Origin: the human T2T-CHM13v2.0 reference genome, Homo sapiens
Reading direction: 5' to 3' (one strand)
NCBI RefSeq assembly: GCF_009914755.1
Contig: NC_060931.1
DNA: 64,000 nucleotides
Position numbers and translations under genes: made by a program. Positions 1 through 14,884 of the stretch are shown one piece after another. The first letter of the stretch is position 1. Each line of letters begins with the position of its first letter. The notes under the pieces were generated by a model. That model saw nothing but the letters and a program-made list of their open reading frames with translations, ran no database searches and was not told the DNA's origin.

Positions 1-1
1 C

Positions 2-234
2 CTGGATGCAAGAGACCTTGGAATAACAATGGTGATTCTTGTCCATTCTTCAAAGTCCCCTGTGTGATACATGGTGGGCTCACTTAGTTCTCTGGAGTTT
101 CCTTCGCATCCTTTGCCTGCAGAAGCCGGGTAACAGCCTTCTTTCACCAGAAACCAGGACATACCAGCATCATGAGAGTACTGAAGAAGAACTGGAGCAG
201 TACTGCTGAATTGATTGGCACAACCTATGTTTAG
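2..234 (-). CDS. RELN: Reelin exon 28 (233 nt): [77 protein letters not shown], Asp-box YSHDAGMSW
   Basis: acceptor ttttaacag|CTA; open frame to the window edge; donor inferred (CAG|g at position 1, rest of the GT outside the window). Confidence 0.93.
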
Positions 235-687
235 CTGTTAAAAGGAAGGACAAGAATTATACAAGATTTTGGTTCTAAGTCATCACTCAACAAATTAGAT
301 GCTACAGCATCCAGGGTGCCTTCCAATGGGTCTGCACTGAATTTACAATGATAGGAATTGTGAGCTCAGTCCCAACCAAGACCCTTCAATAGATTCTGGA
401 ATTCTTTGTTTAAGCAAACAATAGGTACTTTTTACTAGAAAACTGGACTCATTTTGTGGATTTCTTGGGATTATAGGAGAGAAGAGAGAAGCACAGTGTC
501 TGTGGTTCTTGAGTCTCAGACAAAAGATATGCCAAGAAGCTGCTTTTTTCTCCCTCCTCAGAGGGTACAGACAGAGGAAACCATAAGATGGAGAAGCAGC
601 TGTCTTCTTCAGTGCAGGAAGGTTTCAGTGGAACAAGCATCCTCCTTCTGTTTCCTTGCCAAAGCTCATTAAAGATCAGTGTCAACC

Positions 688-1010
688 GGCTGGGTGCGGT
701 GGCTCATGCCTGTAATCCCAGCACTTTGGGAGGCTGAGGCGGGTGGATCATGAGGTCAGGAGTTCAAGACTAGCATGGCCAAGATGGTAAAACCCTGTCT
801 CTACTAAAAATACAAAAATTAGCCAGCGTGGTGGCGGGCACCTGTAATCCCAGCTACTCGGGAGGCTGAGGCAGAGAATTGCTTGAACCTGGGAGGCGGA
901 GGTTGCAGTGAGCTGAGATCACGCCATTGCACTCCAGCCTGGGTGACAGAGCCAGACTCCATCTCAACAAAAAATAAATAAATAAATAAATAAATAAAAA
1001 TAAAATAAAA
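688..1010 (+). mobile_element. Alu (AluS, Sg-like), full length, (AAAT)n tail
   Basis: GGCTGGGTGCGGTGGCTCA start, two arms; TSD atcagtgtcaac on both sides. Confidence 0.95.
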
Positions 1011-2477
1011 TCAGTGTCAACTTAGATGAAACAGCTGAGTGTTTATCACAGCATCAAATAAGCAACATGATCCAGAAATGAAACTGTTACTGTTTGGTGT
1101 ACTTGTATGGAGGACTCATCATAGGATTAACAACATTTAAAAAATGGTAAAAATACAACTTAAATCCCACTGGCCTATCATAACTGTCCTTTCTTTTCTA
1201 TTTTCTCTTCTGATCCTTATAGGGAAGCTATATTTTGGTCATACAGTTGAAGTTATTACACATCTAGAGCTTTCCTCCACATTCTGTTATACATAGCGTT
1301 GCAGAGAATATACCTTTCTTCTTTGATTTGTCATCACCAGATAAATTCCTGAGAGTAGCATTAAGGAGTCAAAATGTAGAAACACTTAAAATTTTCTAGT
1401 TATCTGTGCTCATTTTGTATTGGCTGAGTCCAAATGAATCAGTTTAGGCATTGGGTATTATAGTTTAAGACAGTTTATTTCCAAATAAATGTGTAAATGA
1501 ATTTTATTACACTTTTCATAATTATAAATGTCAAACTCTTTTTCTCATGTTCATTTAATTACCTGCCATCTTATATGAATGGCTTATTCACATCTTATTT
1601 CATTTGTTGGCGGGAGCCACAAATTTTGTTGTAAAAGACTTTACTAAATAAGAATAGTCTGATTTTTAGAAGGAAAATTGAAATCAGGAATGAAAAGAAC
1701 ATGATACGACAAAAAAATAAAGGGAGAGACATGGACTAATAATATTGAGCCATAGCTCAGGAGGTCAATCAGTTAATCCTCATGACTGTAAGGCAGCTTT
1801 ATCTAGTTTTTAAAAAGAAGATTTAGTATCTTCTTTATTTCCATACTCACAGCTAGAAAGCATCTCTCAGAGAATTTATAATTTGGTTAGTAGAAATTTT
1901 ATTGTGCACAATTTATCCAAGTTTATATAGTAAAACATCAAGAATATAATTAAAAACTTAACCCTCTCAGATGCATGATTAAACTCTTCTAACACAAATT
2001 CCTTTTACTGCATTATTCAATAGTAACAGTGGCCTTTGGTTGGTGTGTGGTGAGAGCAGCCACATTGGGCACACCTAGTTAACTTTTTGTCTTAAATTTG
2101 CCATGATTGCTGTTGTTTCTAACACAGACAAGTGGTTGGAACTTGAAGTTCTGTGACAAGTTCGTGCTTTAGAAATCAGATATAGGGTAGTGTAGACATA
2201 CTCTCAGCTGTATTAAACATAAAATTTATCTTAAACTTTCCATTCAGGATTTAGGCCTACCTTCAACAAATATTTATTTGTGTACCTTCTATGGATCAGA
2301 TACATATGTTTAAGTCTCTCCTATCTTTAAAAATAAAAATAAAACAAAAGAAAATAAAAATTCTCCCTGATTTTTGGTCTCCCTCTAACTACACAGCTAA
2401 ACAAATTGAGAGAAAGGTCGTATTCACTGTGTAGACCTCTTTACTCAACATTTTAAAATCCATTGTAATCTGAATTT

Positions 2478-2972
2478 TGTTATATAGGTAAACTGTGTGT
2501 CTCGGGAGTTTGCTGTACAGATCACTTTGTCACCCAGGTAATAAGCATACTACCCAATAGGTAGTTTTTTGATCCTCTCCCTTCTCCTACCTTTCATCCT
2601 TAAGTAGGCCCCAGTGTCTGCTGTTCCCTACGTGTCCATGTGTTCTCATTGTTTAGCTGCCACTTACAAGTGAGAACATGTGGCATCTGTTTTTCTGTTC
2701 CTTTATTAGTTTGCCTAGGATAATGGCCTCCAGCTCCACTCATGTTGCTATAAAAGTCATGATGTCATCCTTTTTTATGGCTGTGTAGTGTTCCATGGTG
2801 TATATGTACCACATTTTCTTTATCCAGTCTACCACAGATGAGCATTTAGGTGGTCTTTGCTAGTGTCAGTAGTGGTTTGATGAACATACACATGCATGTG
2901 TCTTTATGGTAGAATGATTTATACTTCTTTGAGTATATACCTAATAATGGGATTGCTGGGTCAAATGGTAGA
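2478..2972 (-). mobile_element. L1 3' end fragment (older L1PA/L1PB type)
   Basis: reverse-complement L1 3'UTR/ORF2 end: gtgtccatgtgttctcattgtttagct, gggattgctgggtcaaatggta. Confidence 0.85.
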
Positions 2973-4078
2973 GAATTAAGATTTTTCCTAAGCAGTGTGC
3001 ATTCCTGATCATTGTTTAAATGCTTGAAATATTTAACACTATTTTTTAAATTTAGATTTTAAAAATTTCAGAATATTATCTTGCAGACTTTAATACCTAC
3101 ACAACCATGGTTTGTGATTAATTAAATAGAAAAGGTGTCAGATGAGAAACAGCATAGTATTCTGCAAATATATTTGCTATTAACATTATTTTGTTACTAC
3201 TTTAGGTATTACCAACAAATGAATATAGATTCATATATTGTTATTGATATTTTTCCATTGTAGTTTAGCATCAGGATCTAAACAAGGAAGGGTTACATTT
3301 TACTAATCATATTATTTATGACTCACTTCCTTGTTTACAGACCTGTGGAAATTGTATTTGAAGAGCTGCCTATAAACATCTGATCTCTTTAATAATTCCA
3401 TTTGTAAATTATTTAGCATCTGCATCCTGCCATTATGTAAGGACCATGTAGTTGTGCTAGCTCATTAAAACTGCATTACTTTCAACCCCAGAAGTCACCT
3501 ATGGGATTTTATTATAAACACAATGAAATTTTGATTAGGGTTCTGAAACAAGACCTTGTCAAAGTAAATACTTGCTATACATGTTGATATGTTATCACAG
3601 AGCTGAAAAACAAGAAGCTTTTAAGAGAACAATGATGACTGGAGTAAAAATTTACTGAATTTAAGTAAGATAATTTGTTTGAAAATAATACAGCAAAAGC
3701 ATAAAATACCTTGTAAGTTCAAATACCACTAGCAAGGTGAAAAGGACAACTTATTCATCATCGTTTAGAAGCTTGAGATTCATTAAGTCACAATCAGATT
3801 GAAGTTCTAAAAGTCAATTTTATTTTTAATTCTGGTAGAGTTCCTTGAGTACCTAAAGAAATGGTATACCCACAACTTTTGGGACTCCTTAAAAACTAAT
3901 AACTGCTTTCGAGTAGAGCTGAAAAGCTTCGCAATTCTAACACTGTTAAGCTTTCGTACAGGTGAGTCCCTTCTTTAATAGAATATGAAAAATTTGTGTT
4001 CTTTGTGAGTTCCACTTATACATCTGGAAGATATTTTACTCCTTAACTTGCTCTGGGAAGAAGCTTGTGCATAAATAC

Positions 4079-4279
4079 CTTGAACTGTAGCACATATCCA
4101 GGTTTCAGGGTCAAATCTCGAGTTACTGCAAATCGATCTCCATCTGATTTTCCAAATATCATTGCTGATGGTGTGGCAGCACAGAAGGTTTCATTTTTAA
4201 CCATTCCTTCATTAGCCAACATCAACCACACACTCATCTGATTCATAGGGTAATCAAAAGCTGGCTTCTCATAAAAGTT
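4079..4279 (-). CDS. RELN: Reelin exon 27 (201 nt): [67 protein letters not shown]
   Basis: acceptor tttctattag|A, donor AAG|gtattt; ORF 4043..4246(-); phase 0-0. Confidence 0.97.
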
Positions 4280-4716
4280 CTAATAGAAACAATACAAATA
4301 AAACAAAAGGCAATTTGATAGCTTTGAAAACAAGAAAGGAATTTTCATTTCATGACATGCTGGGCCATGTACCATTTGCATTTCTAGGAAAACACAGAAG
4401 AATCTCTATTTTTTTTACTGCTATTAACTTTTTCTCCTGATGATTCAACAACTGAAAGTATTTTACCACTGTGTATCTAATCATTTTATAAACACACTAA
4501 CGATTTTGCTTGATGATTTAACCAGACTTCAGTCTTTTTTACATCTAAATTATCTGTGAAGTGGTAGCATAGAGAGGTAACAAAAAATTAAGTACAAGCC
4601 CTTAAACTTATATTATACATTCAGTGTCAAGCACTAAATCCTTAAGGAAATGAGTTCTTTATGCCATTCACTTTTATAATTATCTGTCTTCTTGGAGTTC
4701 AGACATAGGAGAATAC

Positions 4717-4888
4717 CTGAGGTAAAGTTGGATTGATAACTGGGATGATCTGCTTCTGCTTCTCGGACAGAATGATGATGTCATCGACTGCCCACTGGTC
4801 ATAGTCCTCCCCTGAGAACACGGGCTGCCACCAGCGGAACCTGGTGCAAGGGGTCTTGGCAGCAGCTGGAAGCTCCAGATAGACAAAT
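4717..4888 (-). CDS. RELN: Reelin exon 26 (172 nt): [57 protein letters not shown]
   Basis: read manually; acceptor tttattcag|A, donor CAG|gtattc; phase 2-0. Confidence 0.97.
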
Positions 4889-6851
4889 CTGAATAAAAGT
4901 AAATCATTTACGGTTGGGAAAACAAAAGCTGTGCTTTTTTTTTTTCAGCTATTAAAACAACAAGGGTAACAACAAGAGAAAAGTTTTGTTTGGTTTGATC
5001 TCAATATTTTCCAAAAGCCCGTAAGTTTGGACATATCAGACTTGAGGTTTAACCTTGTAGGCAGGTTTAGTCCTGGTCATGTTTATTTCATTTGGAATTG
5101 TATCTTTTGGAGAAGAGGGAGAATATTTCAACTGAGTTTGATTCATTGAACTATATCTTTTGACTACCATGACAATGGTCATAACTTTTTAAAGAAATAT
5201 CAAGATAAAATTGTTTAATACTATTACATGAAGATAATATTTAACATTTTTTTCAAAGGAATTCTTTCTCATTGTGGGAAAACATAAAAATGCATTAAAA
5301 ATGAAACATAAATTGCCCATAATCTACTACATAGCGTTGGCTTCTGTTAACATTTTGATGTATCTCTTCACAGCTTATAATCTTTTATATAGGCAAGGCA
5401 TTATACGTATAATTTGGTGATCTACATTTTAAAACTTAACATTACATCATAAGTACATTCTCATGTTAGTAAAACTATATTTTAAAATAATTTTGTGTAT
5501 GTAATTTTTCATCACAAAGACATGCTATTCTGCAATTTGAGGAAGCCATTACATTTTTATTTACTTATAGAGTTACCTAGTCACCTTACTGAACTCTCAA
5601 TAATTTCAGATTCACATATTACTTGGAAAAAATAATTTGAGTTATTTAAAATTATTGTTTAAGCCAGTTTGGCACCATTATCAATTCCCTCTCTACTATA
5701 TTGCATCTAGGAGAATCTCACAAGGCTTCATCTCCCACCCTTTTCCTATGATATCTCTCGTTTCATCCAGTTGCCTTTTTTCTGTTTTCTCCTTCTCCCC
5801 TAAATCCCTTAGAAGAAATGCTTTCTGTTGGTCTGTTTGCATGTCTACTTATGTTTTATCATGGTAAGTTCTGTCACCTTTAAATGACCTAATACTTTAA
5901 AAAGTCAAACTTATGAACCTTCAATCTACAAAATAGGTATGCTTTAAGTAAAATGTTTAAAACATATTCAGTCTGTAAGAACTGGGTTTATATAGTCTTA
6001 AATAATTTTTTTTCAATAAACAAGTCTCATTTGTAAAATGAAAACAGGGACAAGATCCATATATTAAAACTTAATAGTAGTCAACATACAAAAAATTATT
6101 TTTTTGTTAAAATGAAAATACAGAGATTATAAAAAGTATTCTAAAATAATATCATTGAATAGACTTTAATAATACTTATATAAAATATAAATACAGAATT
6201 TCAAAATACTACATAATTGCAAAAGAACTAAATTTAAATACATATAAATACATTGCCTGGTACTGGTATTAGTATTAAACACGAGTCATCTCCCCAAACT
6301 CTTCAACAGTCATTGCCTAAGATATTTTATTACATATATTCCCAATACATCAAAATTAAGACAGGGATAGGCCAGGGCAAAATTTTTAGAAAATCTGAGC
6401 TCTATACACTTACTCATACACTGTTTAGGGATAGCCCTTGGTGCAGCCATGTGAAACACTTTAACAAAAAAATCCATCTTACTGTTAAATCTAAGAGCTA
6501 AGCATAATTTGTGTGTGCATTAAAAATAATCAAACAAGCCTGCAAATGGGAAAATGAGCGTGGAACATCCCCATATTCCATGGTTTCTTTGAGTAAACAG
6601 TGGTTACGTATCTTGCTTTTCTTCTAGTCACAAGCTTTAAAAAATCTTTAAAAATTCAAACATGAATACAAATGCTTTCTGTCCAGTCACTTAAGTGAAA
6701 TAAAATCTTTATATACTGGGCTATCATTCATGTTAAATTTTTATAGGTTTGTCTATTTTTGCAACAGTTAACATTTTGGAAACACATCAACAATGATTTA
6801 ACCTTTACCATTCCTGGAAACTAATGCGAGGACCATCAGGTGGGTAGTTAC

Positions 6852-7057
6852 CTGGGTTTGCTGAAGTCTGAAAAGTACATCTCTGCTAGCAGGTGCCACT
6901 GGATGCCCCCATTGTTGCTGTACTGAAGGAGGACGCCCTCCTCTCTGCTGTCAGGCTTGTTGCATGAAGCACTCTCTCCGCCTATCTGGATGTAGAACTG
7001 GACAAAGTCCACCCAAGAAGTATCCAGGTCCCAACTCACCAGCTGTCTTTTCCCAGC
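6852..7057 (-). CDS. RELN: Reelin exon 25 (206 nt): [68 protein letters not shown], Asp-box-like YSNNGGIQW
   Basis: acceptor ttttctgaaag|G, donor CAG|gtaact; ORF 6848..7039(-); phase 0-2. Confidence 0.97.
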
Positions 7058-7419
7058 CTTTCAGAAAAGAAGAAAAATCAAATTCAGTAATCTGGGAGTT
7101 CTTTGGCATTTTGTTGTTTCAGTTCCAAATTCACATGGACATCTTAGCACTATGTGGAAATGGTCTCGTCCCCATTTATTGTGGAGAGAGGGCAGTCATG
7201 CCATTTAGTTGTTTCTGATCCGACTACGGTAACTGTTGCTGGATACCTTTGGTTAATGTCTACATTACTGATTCCCAGGCTGGGTTATGAGAGACCCTTG
7301 GGAATTGCTAATTACACCAAGAGTACTAAAAAGCTTTTTAAAATTTTAACGAAAACACTCTGAATCCTTACTTTGCATATTTCCTCTAGGCAGAACCATG
7401 CAGATGAAAGACCATCTAT

Positions 7420-8010
<591 letters not shown>

Positions 8011-10289
8011 AAAGAGTACTTGAATCGAATCTCTCAGGATCCTAGTCTCCTTTCCTTCTCTCTCACAAACAGAAGTTAGGAGAGATCATTTAAATAAATT
8101 GTTGCAACCACTAAATGGTCTCTGTGTCTTAAAAGTGTTACAAATTTCCTGAAATCCAGGAACTTGCTTCCTTTGCTTAGTGAGTCCCCTGCAGGTCACA
8201 GTCCTGTGGTGAGGTGTCAGACAGAAATTAACAAGGTTTGTCATTGTTCCTGTTGTTCAAAATGATTTCAGCTAATGGGGCTGAAGAAAGGTTTGCTTAT
8301 GAAAGTCTTCCACCTAAACAGATTCTTCCAAAGCTCATCCATGGATTTCTCTTGAGCTGGTCTCTGAGAGTTCCCAGGAAGTTCAATTAAAAGTCGGGAA
8401 GAAAACCTGAGATAATATACATAGTATTACAGAAAAATGGCTCTCACACTTAGGATTTAAACTCTAATCCACTAAGTTAATTAAGAAAGGGTTTCGGTTA
8501 TTAGAAGTCACAGGGGAAATAACTGGGGTTAATTAAAAGACTATACTGCTACTGATAGGTCTAAAGCCAATTAAGAGTTTTCAAAATAAACAAGGGTGCT
8601 AGCAAAATGAGAACTGAAGTTAATTCAGAGACAGAAACTCATTCTTTGGAAATCTCAATTTTAGGTATGTATTTGAGGAAATCTTGTAAGTTACATGCAT
8701 TTTTAAGTTGTTATATATGCCTTTTAATTTTTCCTGTTGTTGATTTGAAATATTGTAAGTGAGAACAACTCAGAGATCCTAGCATTTTCAACCCTCCCGA
8801 TCATTACAGGAAGAATGATTTTTGGAAGAAAAACTATAGAACCTAGCAGGTTAATTCCAGTCCAGCAAACTCCTGTGAAAAACCTGGCATGTGGAAATGA
8901 GCCAGAAGGATAAAGATCTAAGGTGAGGGGAATTCTAAAAATCCAGTTATCACAATTAGTTGGTTGAAATGATTGCTCTACTGTGAAATTCAGAGTAGTG
9001 TTGTTTTTCCAGGAGACTATGGTGTTAGTCTACAGAGGTTTTGAAAGAATGTTTTGTGAGATTTTTGTAAATGATGGAAAATATCACACAAACGCTTAGT
9101 TTGGCACTGAAAGTGTTTTTTCCTAGAGAATAGCACAAATCATTTTCTTTTGTTTGGTGACCTGAAATGCTGAACATTGTTTTAAAGGAAGAAAAAAGAA
9201 AAGGGAAATGGCTCATGGCAAAGTTTTTGCCAGAATTCAGAATTCAATGTAACATATGCTTTGCAGTTTTTCTGTTACGCTGTGATCAATGTATTTATGT
9301 GTATATGTGTAAACACATGTAATGTGTGTGTGCGCATATGTGTTGGAGTAATAATATTGTGCCATTCCTGGTATATGGAAAATGGCCTCCAATTTCCCCC
9401 CAAATTCTAGGTTAAAATGATTTACTGCTTTAAGGGTTTAGCTAAAATAAAACAAGTTTTAACAGGTAAGGCTTTCAGAATCTAGAACGTTTATAACAAA
9501 ACCTCCAAAACATTTCATGACTAATCACCTTTTGCTTTCCATTAAAGTCTTTCTAAATTAATCAAAATGTCACTAGAAAGCAATTCTATTTACTTGAAAA
9601 TAACCATTTCTTCAGAATCTTTTATTGTTTCCCAATTGTCTTTCTTTTTTTTTCATTCATTTATTCAGTCTTTCTTCAACAATTATACCAGGCAGAACAC
9701 CATGTATTATAAAAACAAAAATGAAGGGATTCACAGACTTCTGGCAGAGACAGGAATGGCAACTGAGGGCTGCAGACCCAGTTCTGATTTCTTGTCAAGC
9801 CCCATTTAGTCATATGATCACTTATTAATTTTCCAATCTATTTAGTCTCAAGAGTATGTATTGATTTGTAAATGTCTAGTGCATGACATGCATTTCTGAG
9901 CTGAACACCTTAGCCAGAGTTTGGCTCAGTCTGTGAGACTCCACATTCTGCTTGGTATTGTGAGGATGAAAATTTAAATATGATCTTTATATGTAAAAAT
10001 CAGAGAGGAATTCTAAGAAAAGAGAGAAGTACAGTTTGCCAGAGCTCCAGAAAGCTTCAGGGAGGCAGTGGAATTTGAACAGGACACCGAAATTTTATGT
10101 GAATGCAGAGAAGATGAAAGGCATAATGGTAGGCAGTGGCAAAAACTTGGATGGTGAGAAGAGCTTTGTGGCTGGAGCAAAGGGCTCATGCCTAGAAAAT
10201 GAATATAAGCTATGTAGTTAGAGCAGGAGTATCAGAGACCATCTTGAATATTTGTGATCGGATAGGGAAAGAATGAATTATGTATGTAT

Positions 10290-10590
10290 GCATGTATTAT
10301 TTATTTATTTGAGACAGGGTCGTCCTCTGTCGCCCAGGCTGGAGTGTAATGGTGTGATCACAGCTCACCGCAACCTCAAATGCCTAGGCTCAAGCGATCC
10401 TTCTGCCTCATTCTCCTGAGTAGTTTGGAGTACAGGCATGCCCCACTATGCCCAGCTAATTTTATTTTATTATTTTAGAGACAGGCTCTTGCCATGTTGC
10501 TTGGGATGCTCTTAAACTCCTAGCCTCAAGTGATACTCCACCTCAGCCTCACAAAGTGCTAGAACTACAGGTGTGAACCACCACATCTGG
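10290..10590 (-). mobile_element. Alu (AluJ-like, diverged)
   Basis: tttgagacagggtc...ggctcaagcgatccttctgcctca, AluJ-type diagnostic stretches. Confidence 0.9.
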
Positions 10591-11509
10591 GTGGAGATAA
10601 GTTTTAGATAATATGATCTAGGCTGGTGGGCAAATGGTCTAAGGAGCCCTTCCTTTGGGTTACTGCCCCTTCACTTCAACATGCTTGCTGGTGGGGGCTG
10701 CCAGACAGTGTATCCACCTTGCTGCCAAACAAGTGAGTGCATGAATCTGGCTATACAATTATAGCACACCATTCCTCCCAGGACACTGTGACTGGCCGCC
10801 AGGAGTCTTCCCTGTTTTTTCCTATGGAGCTGGTTGGAAAGCCCTGTGGCTGTGGTTCCATTCTCATAGTGAGAGCTGGCCTGCAAAACGGGTCTACTCT
10901 TTCAAATCGGGTCTACTCTCAAGGGGAAAGTTCTGTGAGCTTCAAAGTTACTGGTTCCAGGTCTCCCTTGCACCAGCCCCATTTAAGCCCTCCTTGTGTT
11001 TTCCCTCCCATAAATCAAATTTCTCCCTTTTTTTTACTTAAGATAGTTCCTCTTACTTAGAATTCAAAACAGTTCTGAATGAATCAACAGAAAAAAGTAA
11101 AATATAACCCAGGGATATTTTGACAAAAATTTAGGGGGAAAGCTGAATTGGAAGGGGCAGAGAATTTTACTTTTGAAATGATGATTTTTAGTTAGTTGCA
11201 GGGCATAAATGTGAAAATATTCAATAAGACAAATTTGGAATTTATTGTCATAAAATTCAACTATGATACCTAACACATATGATCTCTTTCTGTGTTCCCA
11301 ACATTATTCTTTACTCTTTACTTGCATCGACTTACTTATTCCTCTCAATATCCACTTTTCAGTCAAGAAACCTGAGATACAGACAGTTGTTATAACTTTG
11401 CAATGTGAACCAATCAATAAATTTTGGAGCCCAGATAGTCTGTCTGACTTCAGAGATCATCTTGAATTAAGTGGAAGAAATATTGATATGTAACCCTTTA
11501 CATGTTAAA

Positions 11510-11540
11510 ATGTGTGTGTGTGTGTGTATGTGTATGTGTG
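11510..11540. repeat. (TG)n microsatellite, interrupted
   Basis: tgtgtgtgtgtgtgtgtatgtgtatgtgtg. Confidence 0.85.
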
Positions 11541-12695
11541 CTTACTGGGGTGTCTGAGTACATACTGGTAAAAGAGTCACAGTCTTACTTTAAAATTGAT
11601 GCTTATAGGACCACAACCTTTCCATTTCTGAACAATTATACAGGCGATCCAGATATGTGCAATGCATTTTGATAACTGAGCGACTATTATCTTTAACAAT
11701 AATCATCAGGGGAGGACCTTCCATGTCAACGGATAGGAAATACTGTTAAATGGACTCCTTTCCTGATTTTCTATAATCCTCTATCTTGTTTACTTGCTGT
11801 TTCTTTGTTCTTCACCTGCATTAAAACAAAACCTGCAGCTATTTTTGTATTTGCATAAATTAACACATCTTGGATTTCTGCCCAGATTCTGCAACATATC
11901 AGCCCTGTAGCATATCACTCACACCTGTCTACGTGTTACATGCTGTAAAGTGGGACACCTCCAATTGCCTCAGAATTGGTGGCTATATTACCTGCTTGAA
12001 AGAAGTGATATTACACACTCCACATTCCAAAGATTAGGGTTAGACACATTGCTCAGGTTGGATACTGGACCTGCTGTCTTTTTAGTCCCTTTCAAGACTA
12101 TATAAGGAGACAGATTGGAAAAGAGAAAAAGAATGTCCTGCCTAGACTGCAGTGAGGGAGGAGAGAGAGGTGGTTACCCCTCTCGCATCCCTAACCAAGC
12201 GACACAGGTTGAGGTATTCCAAGAGCATCAATTTTAGTGATTCTGGTTGGCACCTCAGTCCTTAGTTGGTTTCTAGCAATCTGCATGCCTAATCTGGTGC
12301 TACCACTAGGGAAGCTGACTACTGCAAGAAAAACTTTCATACAGAGTCCCACATCAGCAGATGCCACCAGCAGCCACCAAACCAAGTCAGAGTAGGACCT
12401 GCGATGTCTGCCCACCCCAGACAGCTGGTCAGTTCTCTAGGAACAGCTCTACATACCCCCACTCTCATCACTATTCCTCCTTCTTCCAATCATATTCCTA
12501 AAATTAATGGATTGACAGATTTAATAAACACATACAGAAGTGCTTCCTATATGTTATGAAGTGTTCTACATGATTTACCAATATTAACTCACTTAATCTA
12601 CATACTAACCCTCATGAGGTAGACATTCCATATCCCTGCTTTACAGATGGGGAAGCTAAATCACCAGGAGGTTGAATAATGTGCTTCAAAAATCA

Positions 12696-13238
12696 CTAGA
12701 AATACCATTTGACCCAGCAATCCCATTATGGGTATATACCCAAAGGATTATAAATCATTCTACTATAAAGACACATGCACACGTATGTTTACTGCGGCAC
12801 TGTTCACAATAGCAAAGACTTGGAACCAATCCAAATGCCCATCAATGATAGACTGGATAAAGAAAATGTGGCACATATACACCATGGAATAGTATGCAGC
12901 CATAAAAAAGGATGAGTTCATGTCCTTTGCAGGGACATGGATGAAGTTGGAAGCCATTATTCTTAGCAAACTAACACAAGAACAGAAAACCAGACACCAC
13001 ATGTTCTCACTCATAAGTGGGAGTTGAACAATGAGAGAACATGGCCACAGGGAGGGGAACATCACACACTGGGGCCTGTTGGGGGATGGGGGACTAGGAG
13101 AGGGATAACATTAGGAGAAATACCTAATGTAGATGATGAGTTGATGGGTACAGCAAACCACCATGGCACGTGTATACCTATGTAACAAACCTGCACGTTC
13201 TGCACATGTACCCCAGAACTTAAATAATTAAAAAAAAA
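12696..13238 (+). mobile_element. 5'-truncated L1PA 3' end inserted in a MIR remnant
   Basis: ctagaaataccatttgacccagcaatccca...ctgcacatgtaccccagaacttaaa + poly(A); MIR-like sequence on both flanks (~12540-12690, ~13250-13310). Confidence 0.92.
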
Positions 13239-13704
13239 TCAAAGAATCATAAAGTGGTCAAATTGGATGGAAACAGGCAATCTGGCTCCAGAGTTGCTGC
13301 CCATAACCTCTAAGCTCATCCCCTCGTTGCCCCCAGGCCTCACACTGACACACCCTCCAAAGGCCAGGGTGAGAAGAGACCAAAAGCCTTCCCTACGCAA
13401 ACTTCCTCAATACACAAGCCTGGCTGGAAATGAAGGAAAGGAAAGCAATGGTATTTAAATCAGGTACAGGAGGGTAGAAGTTTTAAACTGGCTTAACCTG
13501 ATTTTTTAGTAACCAAAAAGAGTAATAAAAAGAACAACAAGAATTTCCCAAGACATAGCTAAGGAATAGGAATTTGATAGAGCCCACTCAAAAGCGGGGA
13601 ACGTGGGGAACAATAGAACCACTTCATATTTGTACATTTGGAATTCAGAGTCTCATATTAAACTAGCCATTGCCCCGATGACTTATCCCAGCTGTTGGTC
13701 ATAC

Positions 13705-13891
13705 CTTGCTGAAGTACAGAGATGATCCAGAAGAGATGACACCACACCCTTGTTCTGGTTTTACAATTTCTCCCCCAATAACTTCTTGCCAGTCAGACTC
13801 CCAGCCATTCTGGTTCTCAAAATCTGACATAATTGTGGACGGAAGGGCAGCTTCTGGGTGGCATTCAGTGCCTTGGTACCCCTGGTCACAC
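13705..13891 (-). CDS. RELN: Reelin exon 24 (187 nt): [62 protein letters not shown]
   Basis: acceptor ctctctcatag|G, donor AAG|gtatga; phase 2-0. Confidence 0.97.
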
Positions 13892-14746
13892 CTATGAGAG
13901 AGCAGGGCTGAGTAGGCAGGTTACAGGCCCACCTGCCAATGCAATGGCCCTCTGACCTCAACCATTTCCCATGTCTTACTTTTGCTCAGGTCTTATCATT
14001 CACACTAGATTCTTCCCTACAGTGTTAATCTGGGTATGCGGTAGTAACAACCCTCAGTTTTTCATACTCCCCTTAAAACTGATAGAATCTTTTCTTAAAA
14101 GAAATAATGCTGTAAGGGTAGAATTTGGGCATCAAGTATTTACGAAGGACAGTGGTGTGTGTGCTTATGTGAGTGTGTGTTTGTGGGGGGCTGAGGGATA
14201 GTGGGATTTCCCTATTGCCTTAAAAAATCACATATAAATGTCTGTCTGCTCAACCAACATATAATTCAGGCAACATTTTATAGTTCCTCTTTCTGATTAA
14301 ACTATGCCTTTTTTAGAGTCTTTAGGTATTCAAGTGTGTTCCTCTGTCCTCATTAGCAATAATCACCATCTCCCCATGTATACAACCTTGAACTTCTGGT
14401 GAAGTGGTGTAAGAGGGCATGCAGCAGGGTTTGACTAGTGCTCTAAGATTCTCAGTGGATGAAAAGGGAAACAATGGCAAGGCTCTTTTAATAAACTCTG
14501 ACGTTGAAGCTCAGGAGGCCTTGTCTTGAGGTTAGAGTTTGAGATTTAGAATATATGGTTTCATACTTATTTTAATGTAACAATAGCTTTTACATCTAAA
14601 ATACAAACAGAAAGGAGGACTTGTTTCTTTTGGCTATGTCATTATTTATCGGTCTATCCATGTCACTCTGATGACAACTGCTGTGGTATCCTCCAGCCAC
14701 AAATCTTGAGAAGCATGGACCTCATCGTGCTTTCTGGTGCACATAC

Positions 14747-14884
14747 CTGCATATGCCATGATCGCATGAGCCATGCCCACTGCACATGTTGGGGCACTGC
14801 TGCCCAATGTAAATGCTGTCCAAAGCCCACTCGTCTTGAGCTGTGTAATAGCTCTGGCTCCAGCGGAAACGGGTAGCACTGGAC
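14747..14884 (-). CDS. RELN: Reelin exon 23 (138 nt): [45 protein letters not shown], first half of EGF-like module of repeat 2
   Basis: acceptor gtttctag|G, donor CAG|gtatgt; phase 2-2. Confidence 0.97.

Noticed and set aside
3958-4950. Plus-strand consensus donor (cag|gtgagt ~3960) and acceptor (poly-T cag ~4948) suggesting an antisense spliced RNA over exons 26-27
   Set aside because: Isolated splice-like motifs are expected by chance in 64 kb; no promoter, ORF or other support is visible.
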